Below are positions 49,301 to 58,733 of a stretch of DNA of 64,000 bases, in pieces. The notes under the pieces are model-generated. The model searched no databases and was not told where the DNA came from. It worked only from the letters and a program-made list of their open reading frames with translations. The first letter of the stretch is position 1, and every line of letters starts with the position of its first letter. Source of the DNA: an uncultured bacterium (GTDB lineage: Bacteria > Acidobacteriota > Thermoanaerobaculia > Multivoradales > JAHZIX01); contig CBDUPA010000002.1 of the NCBI GenBank assembly GCA_965368975.1, forward strand, positions 128,001 to 192,000, read 5' to 3'. The position numbers and the translations under genes were made by a program.

Positions 49301-49933
49301 AGTCAGCCGTTCGGTCCCCTGGTTGTCCAGCCACAGGGCTAGGCCAAGATCCATCAACTTGACGCTGTAGTCCGGCGTCATCAGGATGTTGGTCGGCTTG
49401 AGGTCGCGGTGCGTCGCACCGATCGCGTGCAGGGCGCTGAGACCGCGAGCGATCTGCAGTGCCAGTTGACGCAAGAGTGCGTCCGCCAGAGCTCCATGCT
49501 GGCGCATCAAGGCACGCAGGGTGCGCCCCTGCACGTACTCCAGCACCAGGTAGTGGATCGGCACGCCGTCGACGACGAGGTCGCCGGAGTCGTAAGTCCG
49601 GATGATCGCCGGATGATCGATCCGCTGCCCAATTTCCGCCTCGCGATAGAAGCGTTCGAGCAGCGATGGCACGTCGAGGCAGCTGGGGTGCATCACCTTG
49701 ACGGCGACCTGCGAGCCGATCGGCAGGTAGGGAGTCGAGGTGATCAGGCGAGCGCTGTAGACTGTGCTGGTCGCACCGCTGCCCAACTCGTTCTCGAGTT
49801 TGCAGGGACCCAGTCTTTGACCGACGAGGAACTTACCGGCTCGACGCGACGGCGCGATGGCGGCCTCCTCATGGACAGCGCTTCCACTACCGATAGAAGC
49901 GACCTGACGGATGTTCAACTCGCTCGAGCTCAC
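46340..49933 (-). CDS. Cytoplasmic Ser/Thr kinase-AAA/STAND ATPase-TPR protein (PknK-like architecture)
   Basis: Kinase motifs GSGATSTVY, VAVK, HRDLKPTN, DLG and GTLMYAPPE. ATPase motifs FVGR..EL, Walker A GEAGIGKT, Walker B WIVEDLQ and GNPFFI. TPR-like C-terminus. Confidence 0.9.
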   Translation of the reverse strand: MSSSELNIRQVASIGSGSAVHEEAAIAPSRRAGKFLVGQRLGPCKLENELGSGATSTVYSARLITSTPYLPIGSQVAVKVMHPSCLDVPSLLERFYREAEIGQRIDHPAIIRTYDSGDLVVDGVPIHYLVLEYVQGRTLRALMRQHGALADALLRQLALQIARGLSALHAIGATHRDLKPTNILMTPDYSVKLMDLGLALWLDNQGTERLTRDGGFVGTLMYAPPEQIRCEVVTPASDLYSLGVILYEAATTVQPFHGRNTRATIQRHLQHVPPKMGHLNSRITPLLEEVVVRLMLKEPSERFGSAEALIEVLDQGEESAWWQQREHELRQENRYDELRRLDVSRAVPFVGRFTELETLHALLRDSSRGRGRVVLLEGEAGIGKTRLVDAFLQRLAESSQGLHVLYGAAQPRASVNPLFQAVHEHLGEFQLESQLQRYLSLTTRLVPAFAALLRGRLPPADVEPLPKEALQAVLSYLACALASERPVLWIVEDLQFAGQETLNYFRALAREVDGHPILLIGTCRSGTSVPQLEDVRQLDHCRKIHLSRLSERQVVRLLDEMLASTSTAEQLGPRLAVRADGNPFFISEIVHDLISRGNLRPSAGGAYSLHDELAVLEIPASVRELLETRLAALSDEQLDLLGTASLQGYNFDPDLVAHMLGLKRLQVLDQLAAIERRSGVVWALGTDYRFDQHQLPEMLAARLSPDERWAAHRRLAEVYEEREGLASLPAEEISGREAVFLCEHFLRGGDIERGGRTLLRALDFLARRYQHETLLELSQIALRVVTDPALRCDVLLRQTECLDLMGYREEENETAVAALEAARSAEDPGRVAWAEVAQARLLMNRARYWEARSALQPPLQYAERHEDDDLHAEVLGLMGSVSLQLGEFEDSLTWLERRLKLAQDLQDLHLQAACRLAVGGALLGMGRYESALSQFDAGMDHVEQVHSLELRVRISAMLGLTLRNLGDYERARSELGQSLRLSKEIGFRQGEGLTLGLLGRLALDEGKLEEAEEVLQQGLQLARLTEAIYLEGYFSLYLGDLAFARGDLDQAERLYHSALEFHQELSAKRAEAEIAMSLARLFIRRENLRSARPLLMEASDLSVEYSLDTPGILPQAYLALIGEADPQTVETHDRMPVSLRAELHLVLYQAGAGDDHREKAGILLRRISGHLSGPAQRRFWVHNPVAATFQQLTQEAS

Positions 49934-50103
49934 GGATCCCTCCCAATCTCCCCTCCCCTCGGCTCTGCAACGAGACCGGATGCTTTGACCCAGGTTCCTC
50001 GAACTGAAAGACCGTACCAGCGCTCAGCGGCACTCTAAATCATCGAACGAAAGCGTGATGACGGTAAGGCAAAACGCCATTCTCGTCAAGGACCTTGGCA
50101 GGG

Positions 50104-50129
50104 AAACGGGACCGCTGCCGGCCCCGTTT
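50104..50129 (-). terminator. Putative terminator downstream of pccB
   Basis: AAACGGGACCG-CTGC-CGGCCCCGTTT inverted repeat, 22 bp past the stop codon. Confidence 0.55.
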
Positions 50130-50151
50130 GTGCCCCTCCCAAGAGCGGCAT

Positions 50152-51714
50152 TCAGAGCGGAATATTGCCGTGCCGCTTGGGCGGCATGGTGGCCCGCTTG
50201 CCGTTGAGCTGACGCAGCGCGCGGATGATGCGTGGGCGCGTTTCCTTGGGCTCGATGATGGCGTCGATGTAGCCCCGCTCAGCGGCCACATATGGGTTGG
50301 AGAACTTGTCCCGGTACTCCTGCACCTTCTGTGCCCGCACCTCGGCGGCCTTGTCTCCGGCCTCCTGCAATTCACGCCGGTAGAGGATATTGACGGCCCC
50401 CTCGGGCCCCATGACGGCAATCTCTGCCGTCGGATACGCCAAGTTGACGTCGGTCCGGATGTGCTTGCTGGCCATCACGCAGTAGGCACCACCATAGGCC
50501 TTGCGCGTGATGACGGTGATCTTCGGGACCGTCGCCTCAGCGAAGGCGTAGAGCAGCTTGGCACCATGCTTGATGATGCCACCATGCTCCTGCTGCACGC
50601 CCGGCAGGAAGCCTGGAACATCCTCGAACACCACCAGCGGGATGTTGAAGGCGTCACAGAAGCGAACGAAGCGGGCACCCTTGAGCGAGGACTCGATGTC
50701 GAGCACGCCGGCCAGATAGTTTGGCTGGTTGGCCACGATGCCGACCGAGCGGTTGGCGAAGCGGGCAAAGCCGACCAGGATGTTGCGCGCGTAGTCTTTG
50801 TGCACCTCGACGAACTTGCCATCGTCGACCACCGCCTCGATCACCTTGTGCATGTCGTACGGCTTGTTGGGGTCGGCTGGGATCAGGCTGTTCAGGCTCT
50901 CTTCCTGGCGGTTGGGGTCGTCGTCGCTGTGCCCTGTCGGTGGGTCGTCCATGTTGTTGGACGGCAGGTAAGACAGCAGGTCGCGAATCGACGCCAGGCA
51001 GGCCGCGTCGTTGGCGGCCGTGAAGTGGCAGACACCGCTCTTGGCGCTGTGTGTCGAGGCACCGCCGAGCGCCTCCTTGGTCACCTCCTCGTGGGTCACC
51101 GTCTTGATCACCTCCGGGCCGGTGACGAACATGTAGCTCGTGCCCTCGACCATATAGATGAAGTCGGTGATCGCGGGCGAGTACACTGCGCCGCCGGCGC
51201 AGGGTCCGAGAATGGCGCTGATCTGCGGGATGACACCGCTGGAGAGCGTGTTGCGCAGGAAGATGTCGGCATAGCCACCCAGCGAAGCCACCCCCTCCTG
51301 GATACGCGCACCACCGGAGTCGTTGAGACCGACCAGCGGTGCACCGTTCTCCAGCGCCAAGTCCATGATCTTGCAGATTTTCTGCGCGTTGGTCTCGGAC
51401 AGCGAGCCGCCGAAGACAGTAAAGTCCTGCGCGAAGACGTACACCAGGCGACCGTCAATGGTGCCATAGCCGGTGATCACGCCATCGCCCGGAATCGTCT
51501 TGTCACCCATGCCGAAATCCTGGCAGCGGTGCATCACCAGTGCATCCAGCTCGACGAACGAACCGGTGTCCAGAAGGAGATCGACGCGCTCACGAGCGGT
51601 CAGTTTGCCCGACGCATGCTGCTTCTCGATGCGTGCGGTGCCGCCACCCTGGCGCGATGCTTCGAGCCGTTGCTGCAGATCTTCCAGACGTTCTTCCACG
51701 CTAGTGGCGCTCAT
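50152..51714 (-). CDS. pccB: Propionyl-CoA/acyl-CoA carboxylase beta (carboxyltransferase) subunit
   Basis: [49 protein letters not shown] and HGNIPL. Confidence 0.93.
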   Translation of the reverse strand: MSATSVEERLEDLQQRLEASRQGGGTARIEKQHASGKLTARERVDLLLDTGSFVELDALVMHRCQDFGMGDKTIPGDGVITGYGTIDGRLVYVFAQDFTVFGGSLSETNAQKICKIMDLALENGAPLVGLNDSGGARIQEGVASLGGYADIFLRNTLSSGVIPQISAILGPCAGGAVYSPAITDFIYMVEGTSYMFVTGPEVIKTVTHEEVTKEALGGASTHSAKSGVCHFTAANDAACLASIRDLLSYLPSNNMDDPPTGHSDDDPNRQEESLNSLIPADPNKPYDMHKVIEAVVDDGKFVEVHKDYARNILVGFARFANRSVGIVANQPNYLAGVLDIESSLKGARFVRFCDAFNIPLVVFEDVPGFLPGVQQEHGGIIKHGAKLLYAFAEATVPKITVITRKAYGGAYCVMASKHIRTDVNLAYPTAEIAVMGPEGAVNILYRRELQEAGDKAAEVRAQKVQEYRDKFSNPYVAAERGYIDAIIEPKETRPRIIRALRQLNGKRATMPPKRHGNIPL

Positions 51715-51938
51715 GGATCGTGCCTCTCCTCCAGATCGACCGAGCCGCCGGCGGTAGCCTCCCCGCGGCGGTACGGCTCTGCGTTGTCAGAATGACGTTC
51801 TCAGATGTGGTGTTCGCGGACGATACCCGACGCGTTCCGAATCCGCGCACCGAAACGCCCAGCTTGCTTATCACATCCGGCCCAGCCGCTCCAGCATCCA
51901 ACCTCGCTCGGCCCCTGCTTTGCGATGAGTGTGCCAGA

Positions 51939-53261
51939 ATGCCGGCCGTGCCGTTTTCGAGTCTCGACGCCGCCGCCTTCTCCCGTGCCCTCGCGCAAAT
52001 CGCCGAATACCCCGACGACTTGGTGGACGTGTATCTGGAACGGCGTGAAGACGTCGACCTGGCACCTGAAGACGAGGGCCCGGGCCTGCGCGTATGGCGC
52101 GAGGAAGGCCTGGCGGTACGCCTGGTGCGTGACGGCCACACCTGGCTGGCCTCACGCGACACCCTGGATGCGCGCCTGTTCAGCGACGCCCTGCGACAAG
52201 TAGCACGCGCCTTGCCATCCGCCGCCTATCCGGAACCGCGCCTGCAGGTGGCACCGTGGCAGCGCGACCCTGACACCGCCGAGGTCCAGACCTTCCCGTC
52301 GGCCGTCCAGCGCGCGCTGCGCCAGCGTCACGTCGCCTTCCCCCTGCGCCTGTCGGTCCGGCGCCACCGCCGCTGGCTGCAAGTCATCGGACCGCACCTG
52401 GTACCGGCGCAGCAGCAGGAGAGCTTCTACAGCTGCGTCTGCGAGCTACCCTGGTCGCGCTTCGGCACGCTGCTGCCCGAACTCGGTGAGGCTGGCGTCG
52501 AGACCTTCACCGCCCAGCTGCTCGGGTACTTCCGCAGCCGTCAGGCGACGCCGCCGGACACTTGCCGCGGCGTCGTCGTCCTCGATGCCAGCGCCACGGC
52601 TGTCCTGCTGCACGAGGCCGTCGCACATGCGCTGGAAGCCGACACGCTGGCGCTGGGCGGCAAACCGGACGCCGCCATCGGCCTGCGCATCGGCGCCGAG
52701 GGTCTCAACGTGCTCGACGACCCCGCCGCCGCCCCCACAGGCGTGCGCCGTGACACCGACGACGAAGGCGTCCAGGTGAGTCGACGCTGGTTGCTGCGCG
52801 ACGGCATCGTCGAGCAACCGCTGGCCGATGGCGCCTGGGCGAGTGGTTGGGACGGCTTACAGCCCGGCTGCGGCCGCCGCAGTCACCGCCACCTACCGCC
52901 GGTGCCGCGCTCCAGCTACTTGGAGCTACTGCCTGGCGACTGCGACCTCGACGACCTGCTCTACGACGCCGACGGCGGACTCTTCGTCACCGAAGCGTCG
53001 CGCGGCAGCCTCGACCCACTCACAGGTGCTTTCACCCTGCACCTGCCCTACGCTCGACGTATCCGAGGCGGCGAGATCGCCGATGCGGTCGGCCCGTGCA
53101 GCTTGCACGGCAGCGTCAGCGATTTGCTCAGCCTGGTGCGCGGCATCGGCACCGAGACGCGCCCCGCTGGCGCCGGCTGGTGCGCCAAAGGCGGCGTCAA
53201 GGTACCCGTGTGGGCACGCGCCCCCGCCATCCGGCTCGAAGGCGTCGAGGTGACGCCGTGA
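51939..53261 (+). CDS. tldD: TldD-family metalloprotease
   Basis: LLHEAVAHALEAD (HExxxH), DDEG and the C-terminal CAKGG..VPV motif with the Cys ligand. Confidence 0.85.
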   Translation: MPAVPFSSLDAAAFSRALAQIAEYPDDLVDVYLERREDVDLAPEDEGPGLRVWREEGLAVRLVRDGHTWLASRDTLDARLFSDALRQVARALPSAAYPEPRLQVAPWQRDPDTAEVQTFPSAVQRALRQRHVAFPLRLSVRRHRRWLQVIGPHLVPAQQQESFYSCVCELPWSRFGTLLPELGEAGVETFTAQLLGYFRSRQATPPDTCRGVVVLDASATAVLLHEAVAHALEADTLALGGKPDAAIGLRIGAEGLNVLDDPAAAPTGVRRDTDDEGVQVSRRWLLRDGIVEQPLADGAWASGWDGLQPGCGRRSHRHLPPVPRSSYLELLPGDCDLDDLLYDADGGLFVTEASRGSLDPLTGAFTLHLPYARRIRGGEIADAVGPCSLHGSVSDLLSLVRGIGTETRPAGAGWCAKGGVKVPVWARAPAIRLEGVEVTP

Positions 53262-54580
53262 CACGGAGCCTGCCCATCGTCACCGAGACGCTCGAAGCCG
53301 TCGGACAGTTGCAGGAAGGACGCTTCTCCGAAGTCGAGGTCTTCCACAAGCGTGGCCGCTCGCGCCGCCTGGAGCTGAGCGTTGGTGGCCGCCGCTCCCT
53401 GACCACCCACGAAACCGGTTGGGCAGTGCGGGCCGGCGACCGTCGCGGCTCTTTCTTCGCTGCCGGCACCGGCGCCCCCAAGCCTGCTGGCCCCTGGCCC
53501 GAGGCGGACGGTGCACCGATCCGCCTGCCCGAACCTACGAGTGCTCCGAACTGGAGCGCACCCCCCGACCTCGACGCCCCCCTGATCGGTGAGCGCGAAG
53601 GCCTCAATCTGCTGGACAGCATCGCCGCCGCGCTGGCCCGCGAGTTGCCCGGCGCGCGCCTGCTGCAGAGTGCCGTCGAGGACGGTTCGAGCGAAACCTG
53701 GATCGCCAGCAGTCGCGGCATCGACGCCGCCTTCCGCAGCCGCCTAGCGTCCCTCTACCTCGAAGGCGCCGGCCCCGGCCGCCTCGGCCCCACCGCCGCT
53801 TTCTACCTCGCCGAACGGGAGGCCCGGCGCTTCAACCCGCTGGCCCTGGCCCGCCGTCTCGCCGATCGTCTGCAGATGGCCCACGAAGGCGAACCGCGCC
53901 AGCGCGACCGCGGCGAGATGCTGCTCGCACCGCCCGTCATGTGTCGCATCCTCGCCGGGCTGCTGCCCCTGTGGTGCGGGCCGCAAGCCGCTGGCCGTGC
54001 CGAAGCGCTGCAAGACCGCCGCGGCCATCTAGGCAGCGAACACCTGACGCTTCTCGACAACGGCCGCCTGCCCGGCGGAGCGCTCGAGGCACCAGTCGAC
54101 GGCGAAGGTGTACCGACGCGCGAAGTCGTCCTCGTCGATCACGGCGTCTTTCGCCATCCGTTGGTCCCTTGGTGGCAATGCCCCGACGAACCCTGGGCCA
54201 CCGGCTGCAGCCGCCGCCCCGGCTGGCGAGATCTGCCGACGCCTATGCCCACACACCTCTACCTGCGCCCACGCTCGGGCGTCAGCGTCGCCACGCTCCT
54301 GCAGGACATCACCCGCGGCTATTACCTGATCGACGTCACCGCCAGCGGCCACTTCGACCTCGAAGGCGATCGCTTCTCCCTGCCCGTGTGCGGTTTCGAG
54401 ATGCGCAACGGCCGTGCTACCGCCCCCATCGCACGCACCCAGTTGTGCGGTAGTATCTCCGCCCTACTGCGCGGCGTGCAGGCCGTGGCCCGTGACCTCT
54501 CCTTCCAACCCCTACGCGGCATGATCGGCAGCCCGACCGTCCTGGTCAGCGGCCTGGAACTGCGCGGCCAGTCCTCCTGA
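53258..54580 (+). CDS. pmbA: TldE/PmbA-family protein
   Basis: GTGA overlap with tldD. LTLLDNG....GALEAPVDGEGVPT, G..FSL...GF and GSPTVLV. It lacks HExxxH, as expected for TldE. Confidence 0.8.
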   Translation: MTRSLPIVTETLEAVGQLQEGRFSEVEVFHKRGRSRRLELSVGGRRSLTTHETGWAVRAGDRRGSFFAAGTGAPKPAGPWPEADGAPIRLPEPTSAPNWSAPPDLDAPLIGEREGLNLLDSIAAALARELPGARLLQSAVEDGSSETWIASSRGIDAAFRSRLASLYLEGAGPGRLGPTAAFYLAEREARRFNPLALARRLADRLQMAHEGEPRQRDRGEMLLAPPVMCRILAGLLPLWCGPQAAGRAEALQDRRGHLGSEHLTLLDNGRLPGGALEAPVDGEGVPTREVVLVDHGVFRHPLVPWWQCPDEPWATGCSRRPGWRDLPTPMPTHLYLRPRSGVSVATLLQDITRGYYLIDVTASGHFDLEGDRFSLPVCGFEMRNGRATAPIARTQLCGSISALLRGVQAVARDLSFQPLRGMIGSPTVLVSGLELRGQSS

Positions 54581-54625
54581 AGGCCAAAGTTTCCTCAGCA
54601 GAGCCCCGCGACACCTGGAGACACC

Positions 54626-55696
54626 ATGCAATTCGGCATCCTCGGCTTCCCCAAGGTCGGCAAGACCACCCTGTTCAACCTGCTCACCGGCACCGAGCAG
54701 GACACCGACAAATTCGCCACCTCCGACAAGGTCAACATCGGCGTCGCCACCGTCACCGACCCGCGCCTGGCCCAGCTGCGTGACCTCTTCCAGCCCAAGA
54801 AGTACGCCCCCGCGACGCTCGAGTTCGTCGACATCCCGGGCATTCGCAAGGGCGAAGGCGCCGAGAGCCTGGACCTGGCCAACCTCAAGAACGTCGACGG
54901 CTTGCTGCACGTCGTGCGCGCCTTCGACGACCCTGAGCTCCTGCACTCCGAAGGCGATGTCGACCCCGCCCGCGATCTGGCCAGCATCGACCTCGAACTC
55001 ATCCTCGCCGACCACGGCCTGGTCGAGCGCCGCCTCGGCAAGCTCAAGCAAGCCGAAAAGCGCGGCCTCAAGCCGGAGGAGAAGGCCGAGCGCGCGTTGC
55101 TCGAAGACACCATCCTGCCGACGCTGGAAAACGAGATCCCTTTGCGCTCCATCGAGCTCAACCCCGACGACGAACGCCGCCTGCGCGGCTTCACACTGCT
55201 GTCCGCCAAGCCCATGATGGCAGTGATCAACGTCGACGACGCCCGCCTGGGCGAGGGCGACGAGATCCTGGCATCGCTCAACCTGCCCGCGGACGTGCCC
55301 GGCGTCGTCATCAGCGCCCCGATCGAAGCCGAAATTTCGCAGCTCGACGAGGAAGAACAGAGAGACTTCCTCGCCGACTACAACCTCACCGAACCCAGCC
55401 TCGACCGGGCCGTGCGCGCCTGCTACAGCCTGCTCGGCTTGATCTCCTTCTTCACCGTCGGCGAAGACGAAGTCAAAGCCTGGACCATCCCGACCGGCAC
55501 CGTCGCCCGCAAAGCCGCCGGCGCCATCCATTCGGACATCGAACGCGGCTTCATCCGCGCCGAAGTCACCCCGTGGGACGCCCTGATCGAGCGCAAGTCG
55601 CTGACCAAGTGCAGGGAGGATGCGGTGCTGAAGCTGGAGGGGAAAGAGTATGTCGTCAAGGACGGGGAAGTGATCCACTTCCGTTTCAACGTGTAG
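54626..55696 (+). CDS. ychF: Redox-regulated ATPase YchF
   Basis: G.PKVGKTTLFNLLT, FVDIPG, HVVRAF, AG.IHSDIERGFIRAEV and EGKEYVVKDG.VIHFRFNV. Confidence 0.96.
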   Translation: MQFGILGFPKVGKTTLFNLLTGTEQDTDKFATSDKVNIGVATVTDPRLAQLRDLFQPKKYAPATLEFVDIPGIRKGEGAESLDLANLKNVDGLLHVVRAFDDPELLHSEGDVDPARDLASIDLELILADHGLVERRLGKLKQAEKRGLKPEEKAERALLEDTILPTLENEIPLRSIELNPDDERRLRGFTLLSAKPMMAVINVDDARLGEGDEILASLNLPADVPGVVISAPIEAEISQLDEEEQRDFLADYNLTEPSLDRAVRACYSLLGLISFFTVGEDEVKAWTIPTGTVARKAAGAIHSDIERGFIRAEVTPWDALIERKSLTKCREDAVLKLEGKEYVVKDGEVIHFRFNV

Positions 55697-55721
55697 GCGG
55701 TTGCAGCGGTCTTGATTCGCG

Positions 55722-55747
55722 GTAGGGGCGACCCAATGTGGTCGCCC
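55722..55747 (+). repeat. GTAG-type REP-like palindrome
   Basis: GTAG-GGGCGACC-CAATGT-GGTCGCCC: a GTAG tetranucleotide followed by a perfect 8-bp stem. Confidence 0.7.
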
Positions 55748-55795
55748 TCCGACATCATGCTTGCATAGGTGCCATACAGTTGCTATACATACAAT

Positions 55796-56050
55796 ATGGC
55801 ACATCGAACGACACTCCTCCTCGACGACGACACCCGCCACGCTGCCCGGCAGCTAGCGCTACGCTACGACTGCTCGACCTCCGAGGCGATTCGACGAGCG
55901 GTCATCAGCCAACACGAAGTGACCTTCGGTGTAGTCCCCGAGCGTCGACGGGAACGCGTTCGCAAGCTCGAACACCTCTTCTCATTGTTCGAGGGCCACG
56001 ATGCTGCCGCCGAGATCCAGCGACTGAAGGCAGAAGACGAAGGCTTCTAA
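55796..56050 (+). CDS. RHH/CopG-type antitoxin (VapB-like)
   Basis: MAHRTTLLLDDDT...SEAIRRAV fits a ribbon-helix-helix pattern. It precedes a PIN-domain gene. Confidence 0.8.
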   Translation: MAHRTTLLLDDDTRHAARQLALRYDCSTSEAIRRAVISQHEVTFGVVPERRRERVRKLEHLFSLFEGHDAAAEIQRLKAEDEGF

Positions 56051-56062
56051 GTCCAGCCCGAG

Positions 56063-56446
56063 ATGAGAGTCCACCTCGACACAGACTTCCTCGTCTATGC
56101 GCTGGCTGAAGCCGGACCAGAGCGCCAACACCTCCTGGAACTGGCTGAATCCGAGGCCGAGATCCAGATCAGCGCCGTGGCCTGGTACGAATTCTCGCGC
56201 GGTCCTCGGACACCGGACCAACTGGCGGTGGCCCGTTCTTTCTTCGGAGATGACGGCGTCGTTCCCCTGTCAGAAGATCTGGCGGCACGGGCCGCCGAAG
56301 TTTTCCGAGTCTTGGGTTCTCCCCGTCGCCGTGCGGCCGATGTCACGATCGGCGTGACCGCAGCGGAGATGCAAGCCCTACTGTTGACGCGGAATCGTCG
56401 AGACTTCGCCGGTATCCCGAACCTTCACACCCGAATCCGCACATAG
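56063..56446 (+). CDS. vapC: PIN-domain toxin (VapC family)
   Basis: LDTDFL, SAVAWYEF..G, D..IGVTA and LLTRNRRDFA.I..L. Confidence 0.9.
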   Translation: MRVHLDTDFLVYALAEAGPERQHLLELAESEAEIQISAVAWYEFSRGPRTPDQLAVARSFFGDDGVVPLSEDLAARAAEVFRVLGSPRRRAADVTIGVTAAEMQALLLTRNRRDFAGIPNLHTRIRT

Positions 56447-57579
56447 AACCCCTGCGTCCCCAGGCTCTCCCAATCCGCCCCAAAGGTCGACGGCAACTCC
56501 CGCATCCGCTCCGGCAACGGCGTCTTCTGCGGCAGCAACTCGTAGTCCGTGAAGCCGCAGCTCTCGATCCAGTCTTCGAGCGTCGGGCGGGTGAAGAAGC
56601 GGTAGTGGGTGTAGCAGAGCAGGCCGATGGGTAGGTAATCCCAGCGGCCGGCGATCAGGTCCTCGACGATCGAGTAGTGACCGACGTTGGGCACCGACAG
56701 CAGGATCTGCCCGCCGGGACGCAGCCAGCCGGCGGCGCGGCGTAGGAACTTCTCGTTCTCGGTGAGGTGCTCGAAGAGTTCGAGGGCGAGGACGAGGTCG
56801 AACTCTTCATCCGGCTCGACTTGCTGGATATCGCCCTGGATCACACGATCGAGTTGCTGCTCGGCAACTCTGGCGACCTCGGGGTTCAACTCGACGCCAA
56901 CGACGCGGCAGCCACGCTCTTGCAGCAGGCGGGCGGTGGCACCGCGGGCGCAGCCGATTTCCAGCACACTCTCGACGGTCTCGGGAATCAGCGGCAGCAC
57001 GTCGGCACGAGCTTCGCCGTAATAGTCTATGAAGCGGTGGTAGAGCCCGCGCACAGAGGTGGTTTCGACGGGCTTACGGGCGAGCAGATCCTCGTCGATC
57101 AGCAAGCAAGCCGGGTCCAGGGGCGCACGCCAGGCATCAAAGGCTTCTCGACGCCACAAGGAGATAGGCAGGTGGCTGGCAACTCCAATCCCCCCGGAGG
57201 GCGCATCCTCCTGCTGCTGGTCCAGAAACTGGAGCTCGGCCTGTTCGAAGTCGTACAGGGTGAAGAGATCACAACGGCTGGGCAAGTCGGTCTGCTCCAG
57301 AGCCTGGGGGATGGCGACCGCGTGCTCGCCAAGGGCCTGGAGCATGGCCTCCAGCGACTTCTGGCCGAGCAAAGCGTTGGCACCGCCGAGCAGCAGGACG
57401 TAGGATTCGTCGCCGTCGAGGTCGTCCGCGCGCAGCTGTTCCGGACTCTCGACAGTCACGTCACGCATCGAGCTGAAGGTTCGCTTCGCCTGCACACGCA
57501 TCCAGCCAAGCAGGTACTCGAACTCCGGGGACGCGCGGTCTTCTGAGCGGTGCAGCTTGACCAGCAGGAGCTGGCTCAC
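56425..57579 (-). CDS. Class I SAM methyltransferase with an N-terminal glycosyltransferase-like remnant domain
   Basis: VLEIGCARG, VVGVELN, ELFEHL, LRPGG.ILLSVPN and THYRFFT. Confidence 0.85.
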   Translation of the reverse strand: MSQLLLVKLHRSEDRASPEFEYLLGWMRVQAKRTFSSMRDVTVESPEQLRADDLDGDESYVLLLGGANALLGQKSLEAMLQALGEHAVAIPQALEQTDLPSRCDLFTLYDFEQAELQFLDQQQEDAPSGGIGVASHLPISLWRREAFDAWRAPLDPACLLIDEDLLARKPVETTSVRGLYHRFIDYYGEARADVLPLIPETVESVLEIGCARGATARLLQERGCRVVGVELNPEVARVAEQQLDRVIQGDIQQVEPDEEFDLVLALELFEHLTENEKFLRRAAGWLRPGGQILLSVPNVGHYSIVEDLIAGRWDYLPIGLLCYTHYRFFTRPTLEDWIESCGFTDYELLPQKTPLPERMRELPSTFGADWESLGTQGFYVRIRV

Positions 57580-58733
57580 GGCATTGCCTCGTCCGTGGTG
57601 ATCGAAAAGGCAGGGGCTGTAGCGGAGGGAGAATCGGGCTTGCGGAAGCGGAAACGGGCAACCTCCTGGCCATCGCAGCTGACGGCTTGCAGACGGTAGC
57701 GCCCAGGATCGAGGCGCTGCCAGATTTCTTGCGGCAGCGACCAGAACTGGGCCGGTTTGTCGTCGAGTTGCTGCAGGCGTTCAGCGGCCGCGGGAAAACC
57801 CGTCGAGGCGGGTGAGATCTCGATCCACGCCGGAGCTGGGCGCAGATGGCCGAGGGTGAGGGCCGGGGGCTGGCCCTCGGGAACTAGGTCGGGGACCAGT
57901 TCCGCCACCGGCTGCGACAGGGTCTCGATGCTGCGGACCAGGCGAAAAAACCAGCCACCGTAGGTACGGCGGAAGAAGCGTTCTCGGGCTTCGGCGAACC
58001 AGGCAGCGGCACGCGGTTCGCGAGCGGCGCTGCGGTTGTAGAGGTGGATCGCCTGGGCCGAGGGAACGTAGACGACCGGCAAGCCAGCGCGGCGCAGACG
58101 CTGGAGCCAGTCGGTTTCTTCGAAGTAGAGCTGGTAGCCGGTATCGAAGGGCCCCACGTGCTCCCAGGCAGAGCGATGGAAAGCGATCAGGGCTCCGCTC
58201 AGGTCGTAGGCGGTGATTGGCTCGTGGGCACTCCAGTAGGTGCGGGCGTGCCGCCGCCAGTGGCCACGTGCCACCTTTGCCCAGAAGGGGGCGCGCGGTG
58301 CCAGCGCGGCTCGCAGTTCCCAGCCGTGGTTGCGCGGTTCGGTGGGCGGCAGCAAGATGCTACAGCCTTCGTCCCAGTAGAAGCACGGTCCCGCCGCGGC
58401 CTTGCCGAGGTCGAGTTGTTCGAGAAGCGCTCCCAAGCACCCGGGCTGCACCAGTACATCCGGATTCATCACCACCAACCGCCGGGCCTGAGTACTCTCG
58501 ACGCCGAGGTTGACGCCACCGGCGTATCCGAGATTCTCTCCTTGGTTGAGGTAGCGCAGGCCGAGCGCTTCGAAGTGCTCGCGCGCGCCGGGCTGGCTGC
58601 CATTATCGACTAGCAGCAGCTCCGCGTTGTCCACCGAGAGCCCGCTAGTCGCCAGATCCGCGCGTACTGCCTCGACCGCCGGACCGACGAGTTCCGGCGT
58701 GTGGTAGTGGACGAGAATGACGGCGAGATCCAT
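57576..58733 (-). CDS. GT2-family glycosyltransferase
   Basis: VILVHY, LVDNGS, NLGYAGGVN.G, MNPD and VGPFD.GY.LYFEETDW. Confidence 0.92.
   Translation of the reverse strand: MDLAVILVHYHTPELVGPAVEAVRADLATSGLSVDNAELLLVDNGSQPGAREHFEALGLRYLNQGENLGYAGGVNLGVESTQARRLVVMNPDVLVQPGCLGALLEQLDLGKAAAGPCFYWDEGCSILLPPTEPRNHGWELRAALAPRAPFWAKVARGHWRRHARTYWSAHEPITAYDLSGALIAFHRSAWEHVGPFDTGYQLYFEETDWLQRLRRAGLPVVYVPSAQAIHLYNRSAAREPRAAAWFAEARERFFRRTYGGWFFRLVRSIETLSQPVAELVPDLVPEGQPPALTLGHLRPAPAWIEISPASTGFPAAAERLQQLDDKPAQFWSLPQEIWQRLDPGRYRLQAVSCDGQEVARFRFRKPDSPSATAPAFSITTDEAMP

Noticed and set aside
50041-50100. Possible c-di-GMP-I riboswitch (aaggcaaaac...)
   Set aside because: The GNRA-capped P2 stem and GCAAAGC segment are missing, and the orientation is opposite to the downstream kinase gene.
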